Below, piece by piece: positions 1 through 8,423 of a DNA stretch of 64,000 nt (position 1 is its first letter; the number at the start of each line of letters is the position of its first letter). The DNA comes from Bernardetiaceae bacterium (lineage in GTDB: Bacteria > Bacteroidota > Bacteroidia > Cytophagales > Thermoflexibacteraceae): the NCBI GenBank assembly GCA_025057115.1, contig JANWWZ010000003.1, forward strand, positions 241,025 through 305,024, given 5' to 3'. The translations under genes were made by a program, and so were the position numbers. The notes under the pieces are model-generated. The model was given only the letters and a program-made list of their open reading frames with translations. It searched no databases and was not told the origin of the DNA.

Positions 1-1
1 A

Positions 2-526
2 TTACTACTAGGTTATTACCCAAACTTCCCTGCCGTTGTTCGTGTCTTTGCGAATACCTATTACAGTACTAATAACCACTGTAGATTAAAAACACAAAAA
101 GTAAGGATAAGCCAAAAAAACGCGATTTACTTTGCATCTTCCAAATAAAATGCTTGTTGTCCTGTTAAGGGTTGTTCTTCAAGACATGAACAAATGCGAC
201 GCAATGACTCTATAGGCTATGGCATACCGCATTTTGAACGCATGCAACGTTTGCTTACTTCTTTGCCCAAAGAGCTACTTTCTAAAACAGAATGGTTAGC
301 GTATCCCAATCTCGCCAGTGGCGATTGCAAGGTTATCTTTCCATCAAGCTGGCAAGGATAAACTGCCACCCTCATCCTAACAGACGTACTTGGGCGAAAT
401 GTTTTGCAAACTGTTGTAAAAGTAACTGCTGAGCCTCTGCTGCTGCCAAACCTCTCCTTATCTGGAACTTATTGGCTGCAAGTAGGCAAGCAGTCGAGTT
501 ATGCAATGCCTATTGTTTTCCATTGA
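2..526 (+). pseudogene. 3' remnant of a secreted T9SS cargo gene (possibly peptidase-like), with its C-terminal sorting domain interrupted by in-frame stops
   Basis: Frame 2 reads ...GYGIPHFERMQ...AYPNLASGDCKVIFPSSWQG*TATLILTDVLGRNVLQTVVKV...LSLSGTYWLQVGKQSSYAMPIVFH*. This is a typical T9SS C-terminal domain (YPNxxxG, DxxGRxV, LxxGxYxxxV). It carries in-frame TAA at 146-148 and 359-361, and the terminal TGA is at 524-526. The 5' end lies outside the window. Confidence 0.45.
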
Positions 527-698
527 GTTGAAAATATTTATTCATTTTTAATTTTTTTTTACGTTTCAGTAAACTAACTGCCGCATGTCGCAAAATTAAA
601 CAGCCAAAATCTGTTAAATTGACTTGTAAAAAGCTTGAGCAAAGTTAAAAGTGCATTTTTACCTCTGCCAGCCACTTGCTTAAGGTGTTAATATCTCT

Positions 699-706
699 TA
701 AATTTG
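699..706 (+). promoter_or_regulatory. Candidate Bacteroidota -7 promoter box (TAAATTTG)
   Basis: Matches TAnnTTTG, 26 nt upstream of the ATG at 733. A TTG lies about 20 nt further upstream. It falls inside the TTG-started ORF-track model, which argues for the ATG-733 start. Confidence 0.35.
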
Positions 707-732
707 ATAGGCAGAGCAAAAAAAATTTGACC

Positions 733-1308
733 ATGCATACGATAGAGCCTTTTTATCGGTGGGAAAATCTCTATACTGCCGATAGCGACGAGCGTTCGCC
801 ATTTTATGGAAGGCGGTATGACATGAGCGTTTGCCGCAATGATGTTTATGGGTATTATATCCATCCAGCTTGGGACGAATTCGGCTCAGAAACGCTTTAC
901 TTGAAAATTATTTACATGGACTACAAATACCGCTTTGCCGTGATTGAATTCATCGGGGAGTGGAACGATGCCGTCAACAACGATGTAAGCTATCTAAAGC
1001 GCAACTTGATAGACTACATCACTCGACAAGGAATTATTTACTTCATCCTGATTGGCGAAAATATTCTCAATTTTCATGGTTCAGACGATTGCTACTACCA
1101 AGAGTGGTACGAAGACATTGAAGATGAAGGAGGCTGGATTTGCGCTATCGGCTTTCGCGACCATGTGATTGAGGAATGGAAAAAATTTAATGTGGACAGT
1201 TACATCAATTATGGGGGTTGTCTTGAAATTACGAATTGGCGCACTATGCATCCAGTGCAATTGTTTAAAGTTATCCAAGCCGGCATAAGGCGCCGACTCG
1301 GATGTTAG
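733..1308 (+). CDS. Conserved hypothetical cytoplasmic protein (no recognisable catalytic motif)
   Basis: Long ORF with no signal peptide. ATG 733 (MHTIEPFYRWENLY...) is preferred over the TTG at 676. Confidence 0.6.
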   Translation: MHTIEPFYRWENLYTADSDERSPFYGRRYDMSVCRNDVYGYYIHPAWDEFGSETLYLKIIYMDYKYRFAVIEFIGEWNDAVNNDVSYLKRNLIDYITRQGIIYFILIGENILNFHGSDDCYYQEWYEDIEDEGGWICAIGFRDHVIEEWKKFNVDSYINYGGCLEITNWRTMHPVQLFKVIQAGIRRRLGC

Positions 1309-2771
1309 TTTCGCACAATAAATCGGTACGTGACGACTACTTCTGGATTGCGTGTATCCTTTGCACGCAGTTGAAGAATGTAAACAAGTAAAGTACTTCC
1401 CGGAAATGGAATGGGTGACAATCTTGGAACTATAAACCGATTTACCGAACGCGGATCCGCTAAATCAAACGGCAAGGGTGTAAGCTGGCTAGCAGAAAGG
1501 TTTACTACGCGCTCAAGAGCATTCTCTGTTCCCCAGAAAATTTGCAAATATTCTAAAGCGCGATCTTCTATCACTTTGCCGAAAATTTCTAAAGTATCGC
1601 CCCTTGAAATAAAGTTTTGAGGTGAAATGCTGATGGGATTTTTGTTAATTTGCATTTGAGCAATAATAATTTGCGGTGGCTCATCTTTCACTACGTTAAT
1701 TACAATGCGGAAAGGTGAGGCTTGGTTGCCTGCTTGGTCGGTAGCAAATATTACGAGCTCGTAAACTGCTCCAGGTACTGCAGGGGGGGTAAATCGCTGA
1801 TTAGCAAGGATACTGCCTAATTGCACTGAGGTGCCAGCTAAGTTGAGGCGGAAAACAGTGTCGCGCCTTGCTCCTACAGGATTAAAAGTAATAGCCATGC
1901 GCGCCAAACCGCGGTTATCGGTGATAGTGGCGGCGAGAATTCGGAAGTGATCCCCTTCTATTATACTGGCTTCTTGGCGCTCATTAATTTGAGGAGAAGT
2001 TGTTTGTACGCGGATTTGTGGCGGTTGATCGTCGCAATCCATTTGCAAGGCAAAGCTGCGGCTAGTGCTATTGTTATTGTGGTCAATCACGGTTATGGTC
2101 AATAATAAGCGTACATTGTCGGGGATATTGGCAGGAATTCTCAAATCGCGACCGAATAGATTGTCAAAACGCACAGAGTCAGCATTTACCAAGCGCGTTA
2201 CGGTAAGCAAAGTAGGTATTTCAGCGCGTACCTCTCGAATGCGTATATTGTCCGTAGCAAGCCCTGTAAGGTTAATAACCGTTTGGCGGCAAACTATGAA
2301 ATCCCCTTGTTGATTGCGCGGAAGTCCTACAATATCTAATTGGCGAATGATGGGAGGTCGTTGGTCTCCTATGACGTTAAAGCGAAAACTCTCTACTGCT
2401 TGATTTTTGCTAAAATCAAACAAACGAATGGTCATTTCATAAGTACCTAGCTGAGCTGTTGGGGGAATAACAATCCGCACTGTGTCATCGATGCGCCTTC
2501 CTCTTAGTTTTCGAACAATAGTAGGGTTCCATATCTGCCCTGAGACACTTGCTTCACCTACTCTACGAATACTAATGATAGCCGAATCTACGCGGTCATT
2601 ATCGCCAAAGCTCAAAATAAGCCGAATAGTATCTTGAACAGAATAACTTTGTTGCAGTGGTGTAACGAGCTCTATCTCAGGAGCGAATCTATCTATAATG
2701 GGAATGCAGCCCACCCCAAAGCCCAGTAAGCACAACGGTAGTAGCCACCTATTCAATACATTCCTTCGCAT
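1305..2771 (-). CDS. Lipoprotein with four tandem Ig-like/beta-sandwich repeats
   Basis: Signal peptide with a lipobox-like Cys (LLGFGVGC). There are four repeats of about 110 aa. Each opens with PExxI/PPxI (APEIELV, RPPIIRQ, QPPQIRV, EPPQIII) and contains a DNxx[LVI]xxxxI element (GDNDRVDSAIISI, TDNIRIREVRAEI, TDNRGLARMAITF, IEDRALEYLQIFW). Confidence 0.7.
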   Translation of the reverse strand: MRRNVLNRWLLPLCLLGFGVGCIPIIDRFAPEIELVTPLQQSYSVQDTIRLILSFGDNDRVDSAIISIRRVGEASVSGQIWNPTIVRKLRGRRIDDTVRIVIPPTAQLGTYEMTIRLFDFSKNQAVESFRFNVIGDQRPPIIRQLDIVGLPRNQQGDFIVCRQTVINLTGLATDNIRIREVRAEIPTLLTVTRLVNADSVRFDNLFGRDLRIPANIPDNVRLLLTITVIDHNNNSTSRSFALQMDCDDQPPQIRVQTTSPQINERQEASIIEGDHFRILAATITDNRGLARMAITFNPVGARRDTVFRLNLAGTSVQLGSILANQRFTPPAVPGAVYELVIFATDQAGNQASPFRIVINVVKDEPPQIIIAQMQINKNPISISPQNFISRGDTLEIFGKVIEDRALEYLQIFWGTENALERVVNLSASQLTPLPFDLADPRSVNRFIVPRLSPIPFPGSTLLVYILQLRAKDTRNPEVVVTYRFIVRN

Positions 2772-2956
2772 CGGTTAATAAACTTATTTATACCCAATTT
2801 AACGACATTTTGGCAGATAGGTTTACTTTTTAGAAGGTTAGTTATCCTTGCACGTTGTGAAAACAGTGGAAAAAATTGCAAGTTTCACTGCAGTATAGCA
2901 AAGCACAACAGCAGGTTATCTCACGGTTGCGCTTGTGAAAAATGCAACCAGGTCTA

Positions 2957-5900
2957 CTACTGCACTACTATTGTACCGCCTCCGTAGTAAGAGTGATACG
3001 CTCCATTATACATTGCATCTGCACTAACAGGTCCCATCAAAAACGTGCCTTTAGTAACTGCTCGGACAAGGTAGTAAAACTCAGAGGGTTCTACTTTTGC
3101 TGTAGTGAATAGATGAATGCGGTCATCTCGTATGTCGGTATGTTCTGGCGGGGTAGGGTGCTGAATCCATTTCATTTCTGGCAAGGCATTGATGCGAGGA
3201 TTTTCAATCTCAAAACCTGCAGGGAGTACATCTGAAACTACTACATTAGGCACTTCGATGCCGCTGGTGCTTTGCAGAGTAATTTTGACTACTATCAAGT
3301 CTCCTTGAGTAAAGGTATTTCCATTTAGCAAGTTGCCATTGCGGTCATAAAACTGGCGGCGGACTTTTAAATAACTATCTTCCTGAGGATAAATCCCATC
3401 CTGACTAAGTCCTTCCATTTCCCAGAAATAGTACAGGCTGCCTCCTTGTGGTTGAATTTGTACGGACTTGCCAGCAATCTCCTTTTTGCTCAGCACTAAA
3501 GGCGGTCCAGTAAGTTCAGCGATTTTTTTGCCATCTGCTAGAATTGTTGCCGTAGCGGTTGATTCACTGGCTTTGCGGGCTAGTTTGCCCAAGCCAAGCA
3601 GGGAAAAAGCAGCCTCTTGGGTATTGAGGTAGGGGGCTTGCTTAAGGGCTCTGACTAACTGTTGTGCCAGTGCAGGAATTTGACCGTTTTGCGGGTCTGT
3701 TTCCACTAAGGCATTGAGAGCAATAGCCTGGTCGCGAATGTAAGAATAAAAGCTACCTCCTAAGGCAGTAGTTGCGCGCTCACCCGTAAATTGCCCTGGC
3801 AATAATTTGCGATAGGAAACTATGTCTCCTGCGTGCATATAAGCAGCCGCAAGTAAATAACGGCTGTCTAACGAAAGCATTTCTGGATGATTTTTATAGT
3901 AGTTCATAGTAGGAAGCTCTGGTTTGCCCATGGCAGCCAGTACGTAGAGCGAATATGGAATTTCACGCGGGGCTATTTTTACGCGCTTGCGGTTGCCAGC
4001 AGCATCAAAATAGATATACTCCACTGTGCTTTTTTTCTTTACTCGATTGCTTACGTGATTGACTAAGTTGTTGAACATTTTCGCATCGACTTCATACCCC
4101 GCCTTTTGCGCTTCTGAAAGGAAGTGCAGCGCATAGATACTTGCCCACCAGTTTTCTTCTGTACTACCTTCCCAGTAAGCAATTCCTCCTGAATAAAGTT
4201 GCATAGTTTGCAGCCGACGGATGGCTTGCTGGACATTCAACACACTTTGATGACTCGCGTTAGTTTTTGAAGTAGGTAGTAATCCCAAAAGATAAATTTG
4301 AGGGAAAGCAATAGAAATAATCTGCTCTGCACAACCATAAGGATATTGCAGCAAGTAATTGAGTTCTTTGCCCAGTTCTACCACTGGTGAGCGACTCACT
4401 ACTAAACGGGCATCTATTGAACTTACAAGGAAGTTCCTTTTAAAGTCGATGGTGGTCGTTTTGCCATTGTCAGCCCGTCCTGAACCGCTGGTTTTTAACA
4501 AAGAAACCGCAGGGCGAACTCCTATGTCAATTGTTTGGGTGAATTTTTCACCCAAGGCATTTACCTCTACTTTTACCTGACTTTCTCCTATCTGTGGAGT
4601 TGCCTTCAAGTAAAAGCTTAGGCGGCTCTCGCTGTTAGCCTGTATCATTGCAGTTTGCTCGGCTTGGCTGATGATTTCTATTGCTCCTGTAGTTGAAATG
4701 CGCACCTGAGCTTGGGCATTGTTGGCAGTAGTGTTAGTCAGGGTTACGGGAAATTCTATCTCATCGCTCGGACTAAGAAAACGCGGCAGAGCAGGACTGA
4801 TGACGATAGGGTCGGCAACAATCATGGAAGCACTTGCCGCGCCAAAGGTATTGTCTTTTACAGCCACTGCCATAATTCGCAGTTCTCCACTATACTGCTC
4901 GGGAATAGTTATTGCATAACGTGCCTCACCATTACTATTGGTGCGCAGAGTACCGCTCCAGAAGGATACTGGTTTTACGCGCTTATTAGCCAAAGGATTA
5001 AGCCGTTTGCCTAAGTTGTAGTAATCAGCTCCAAAACTGCGCTGCAAAACTCTAATTTCGGGAAAGAGTCTAGGATAGAGGTTATAGCTGTTTACCTGCA
5101 AAGCTCGTTTTTGGAAGAAAAATTGGTATGGGTCGGGGGACTGGTAATTTTTCAGTAGCAAAATGCCTTCGTCCACCACTGCTAAAGTTACCTCTACGTC
5201 TGACTGGGGTTGATTGGTTCGCACTACAATTTCTTGCCGCGTACCAGAGCGCGACTTTTGAGCTGCCACTACTTTGACCTCCAACCGATTCTTCTGGCTT
5301 TCTATGGAAAGGTTGCAATACCCATGTGCAACGGTGAAAGGGATAGAGGTGTCATCTGCTGGTTTTACTAAAGTAGCTGAAACATACACATTAGGCAGGT
5401 ATTCAGGTTTGATGGGCAAAGCAAGGGAAGCAGCGCGACCATCTGTAGTTACGAAAAACTGTTCTAATACCTTTTGACGCTCTACAGTAATCCACATGCG
5501 TCCTTTGAAGGGAGCTTTAAACAACAATTTGGCTTGCTCTCCTATTTTATAAGTGGGCTTATCGGTTTGAATTTCTACCAGTCCTTCGCGGTTAATGCTA
5601 AAAGAAGTAGCAGTGGCAGTTCCCAAAGAGTAGGCATAAAATGCTTGGGCTGCATATACTGCCATGTTGCTATCTGCAGGAGCTACGCGAATTTCATACT
5701 CTCCTGCTGTCGTAGGCACAAAAACATAATTGGTAGCCCTTTCTGTAATGGAAATGGTTTCATCTTTTTCTACTACTTCTTTTTTGCGGGAAACGTAGCG
5801 ATAATATTGGGAGTATTCATCGCGCTCCAGGAGATTTTGCCATTCGTAGCGCACTATTTGCACGCGTACTTTGGCACTAGACTGCACCTCTCCTTTGTGA

Positions 5901-8368
5901 TTGACTGCCACTAAAGGAATGTGAATTGGCTGGCGTAGATCTACGTAGCGCGAAAAATTTTTAATCCCAATCATAATGGGTTGAGTGAGCACCTCAAAAC
6001 TCACTTGGCGATTAACTGCTCTGCCTGTTTCGTCAAACACGGTGCTAAAGATTCTTCCTTCCAGCAAGCCTATGTTGTTATAGGAAGGAAGTTGGAAGGT
6101 AGCGTATATCTTTCCCTCGCTGTCGGTGTAACCTTCTTTCAGGTCGTGCTCAAAATAAATGTCAGTTTGTCCGCTGAGGGTAAAGTCATAACCAGGTAGG
6201 TGGGGAACGGAAAAATTTTTTCGCTTTAAAGTCATTTCCACTTCATAGCGTCGATTGCTGGCTGGGGGACCGAACAAGTTCAAAGCCTGCGCTGTAAAGT
6301 TGATATCTTCACCCGACTTGGCAATATTTTTGTCTACGCTGGTATTTACCTTAATGCGGTCAGGAACAAACTCTTCTACGTTAATTGTACGGGACTGCAG
6401 CAATACCTCGTTTCCACTGAGCAGTTCTATGGTATAAGCTCCTGTAACTGTCCCTACAGGCAATTGAATAGCGGTTTCGTAGGTTCCTTGGGCATTTAGC
6501 ATGCCTTTCATGTTAGCTAATTCTCTTCCATTGGGCAGCAGAACGCGCAATTTAATAGGCATGTTGCGAGCTGGGTTCCACTTTTCATCGCGCACAATAG
6601 CTTTCAAGTACATGGTTTCATCGGGGCGATAAAGGTCGCGGTCGCCGTAGAGGAACGCTTGCAGCCCTGTTGGATTTTCGCGCATACCGCCGACGTCGTA
6701 GCGTGCTGTAGCAACTTGTGTTTGTTTAAAATGCAAATAGTTGAAATCTTCGCCCAAAGAAGCAAAAATCATTGACACATTAAAATTAGGCGCCTTGGTT
6801 TGCAAGTCGGTAAAATGAGCAATGCCGTTGGCATCGGTTTTCATGGTAGCAATTTCCTGGTTATTGGAGCTAATTAAGGTGATATCGGCTCCAGCGATGG
6901 GTTGGGCACTCATAATTGAGTTAGCCAGCACTACCACTTCATCATGGGTAGCTTTAGCCACCAAACCGATATCGGAAAGAGCTACCATTTTAGTGGCTCT
7001 TAGCCATTGGTCTTGCGTCGATTGCACTTCTACTACATACACGCCCTTGAAAGGCTTCTGGTCGTGAAAATCCAAAGAAAGAAGGTAGTCGATGCCATTG
7101 CGCGGCAGTTGGTGCACCCAATAAGTTTGCTCAAATATCAAATCGCCGTAATTTTCGAAATCGCCGTAGAAGTATTCTCCATTCTCAGGGTACTCGTCAT
7201 AGTCATAGGTATGGAAAGCGCCAGACTCGCGCAGGTAGGAAAGTAAATTGTTTTTGTAAATCTTGAAAATTTTTACAATGATTCGGTCTATGGAAGCAAT
7301 GCGCAATCCTATATGTTTATTGCCTTTGTTGGTAAGATAGGTAGCATTACTGGAAGAAAATCGGATAGAGGGTTGCAACTTTCCAAATGCGATGCTTTGC
7401 TCTAGATTAGTTTTAAGCGTACCGCCAAAAATACCTTTGAGTGCTTTGCTAATAGTAAGGGTATAGGATGGGTTAGAAAAATTGCCAGTGAGCAAAAAGC
7501 CATAGTCGAGCAGTTCTACTGAGTAAGTAACGGGCGGATTGATAGCAATGGCACGTTTAATGTCGTCTTTGCTCATGCCTATTGCCTGATTGGTGTACAC
7601 ATATACGTAAGATTGTTCTCCGTCGTAGTCTGTTTCCACTTGCAAGACGCGGAAATCGCTGCGGTCGGGAACGATGTTAGTCAAGGTAATAGAAGGGGCT
7701 TTGTACTGACTGCCTTGAGGGGTTAGGCCGGCTTCTAGCTCAACAGTAATAGGCTTGTTATCAGGTTGATGAGCATCGGTAATCGCTAGCGTTACCGTAG
7801 CATTTACCGCTTCAGGAGTATAAACCTTGAGACTGGCTTGAGCACCGTCTATACTCACTTTCGCGCTTTGAGCTACTTGCTGCACGTTAAGCGGATAGTT
7901 AAAATGAAGGCGCAATTGCAGTTCAGGTTGCTGCTGAGCATTCATTGCCCAGAAGACATCCCAGTGGCGCAATTTCAAATAAGGCGTGTGAAACTTGAAA
8001 ACGTGCTCGTCAGTCAGTTTAAATTTTTCTGTGGTGTGAAGAAAAATTTTATCTGTAATTTCAGCAGTGTAGTCGGTGGCAGGTTGGAAGCCTATCACAG
8101 GGGAGAAAACTAGTTCATTAGGGGCGTTCCATTTGAATTTCCCTTTTACTTCAGGAGATATTTTTAGATAAGGCGTTTCTAGCCACTTACCTACTAGTGA
8201 ATCAGGGACGATATTTTCAGCAAATCGGATGATTAAATTTTGTTGAATAGAAATTTCTTCGCCAAAATTTTTATCCAATACAGTAAGGACAGGGAGCTTG
8301 CTACAAGCTACTAACCCCGTTACCAGCAAGCTCAAACTGACAACGCGGATTGCAAAAAGCGTTTTCAT
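2957..8368 (-). CDS. Alpha-2-macroglobulin family lipoprotein with thioester motif
   Basis: About 1800 aa. The start is moved to MKTLFAIRVVSLSLLVTGLVAC (ATG at 8368, lipobox Cys). The thioester signature YPYGCAEQ is encoded at 4322-4345, with CAEQ at 4322-4333. Length and layout are typical of bacterial A2M. Confidence 0.9.
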   Translation of the reverse strand: MKTLFAIRVVSLSLLVTGLVACSKLPVLTVLDKNFGEEISIQQNLIIRFAENIVPDSLVGKWLETPYLKISPEVKGKFKWNAPNELVFSPVIGFQPATDYTAEITDKIFLHTTEKFKLTDEHVFKFHTPYLKLRHWDVFWAMNAQQQPELQLRLHFNYPLNVQQVAQSAKVSIDGAQASLKVYTPEAVNATVTLAITDAHQPDNKPITVELEAGLTPQGSQYKAPSITLTNIVPDRSDFRVLQVETDYDGEQSYVYVYTNQAIGMSKDDIKRAIAINPPVTYSVELLDYGFLLTGNFSNPSYTLTISKALKGIFGGTLKTNLEQSIAFGKLQPSIRFSSSNATYLTNKGNKHIGLRIASIDRIIVKIFKIYKNNLLSYLRESGAFHTYDYDEYPENGEYFYGDFENYGDLIFEQTYWVHQLPRNGIDYLLSLDFHDQKPFKGVYVVEVQSTQDQWLRATKMVALSDIGLVAKATHDEVVVLANSIMSAQPIAGADITLISSNNQEIATMKTDANGIAHFTDLQTKAPNFNVSMIFASLGEDFNYLHFKQTQVATARYDVGGMRENPTGLQAFLYGDRDLYRPDETMYLKAIVRDEKWNPARNMPIKLRVLLPNGRELANMKGMLNAQGTYETAIQLPVGTVTGAYTIELLSGNEVLLQSRTINVEEFVPDRIKVNTSVDKNIAKSGEDINFTAQALNLFGPPASNRRYEVEMTLKRKNFSVPHLPGYDFTLSGQTDIYFEHDLKEGYTDSEGKIYATFQLPSYNNIGLLEGRIFSTVFDETGRAVNRQVSFEVLTQPIMIGIKNFSRYVDLRQPIHIPLVAVNHKGEVQSSAKVRVQIVRYEWQNLLERDEYSQYYRYVSRKKEVVEKDETISITERATNYVFVPTTAGEYEIRVAPADSNMAVYAAQAFYAYSLGTATATSFSINREGLVEIQTDKPTYKIGEQAKLLFKAPFKGRMWITVERQKVLEQFFVTTDGRAASLALPIKPEYLPNVYVSATLVKPADDTSIPFTVAHGYCNLSIESQKNRLEVKVVAAQKSRSGTRQEIVVRTNQPQSDVEVTLAVVDEGILLLKNYQSPDPYQFFFQKRALQVNSYNLYPRLFPEIRVLQRSFGADYYNLGKRLNPLANKRVKPVSFWSGTLRTNSNGEARYAITIPEQYSGELRIMAVAVKDNTFGAASASMIVADPIVISPALPRFLSPSDEIEFPVTLTNTTANNAQAQVRISTTGAIEIISQAEQTAMIQANSESRLSFYLKATPQIGESQVKVEVNALGEKFTQTIDIGVRPAVSLLKTSGSGRADNGKTTTIDFKRNFLVSSIDARLVVSRSPVVELGKELNYLLQYPYGCAEQIISIAFPQIYLLGLLPTSKTNASHQSVLNVQQAIRRLQTMQLYSGGIAYWEGSTEENWWASIYALHFLSEAQKAGYEVDAKMFNNLVNHVSNRVKKKSTVEYIYFDAAGNRKRVKIAPREIPYSLYVLAAMGKPELPTMNYYKNHPEMLSLDSRYLLAAAYMHAGDIVSYRKLLPGQFTGERATTALGGSFYSYIRDQAIALNALVETDPQNGQIPALAQQLVRALKQAPYLNTQEAAFSLLGLGKLARKASESTATATILADGKKIAELTGPPLVLSKKEIAGKSVQIQPQGGSLYYFWEMEGLSQDGIYPQEDSYLKVRRQFYDRNGNLLNGNTFTQGDLIVVKITLQSTSGIEVPNVVVSDVLPAGFEIENPRINALPEMKWIQHPTPPEHTDIRDDRIHLFTTAKVEPSEFYYLVRAVTKGTFLMGPVSADAMYNGAYHSYYGGGTIVVQ

Positions 8369-8423
8369 AAGGAGAGAGCTCTGATGATTGCTCAAGTAAT
8401 AAAAAAAGTTATTAAAAAACAAT

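Noticed and set aside
146-361. Stop-codon (TAA) reassignment or programmed read-through as the explanation for in-frame stops in the T9SS CTD remnant
   Set aside because: Many confident genes in the window end with TAA at positions consistent with full-length homologues. A pseudogene or sequencing error is more parsimonious.
4359-8113. About fifteen 60-146 aa ORFs on the plus strand inside the A2M gene
   Set aside because: These are antisense shadow ORFs within a long, clearly coding minus-strand gene. They have low-complexity or odd composition and no motifs.
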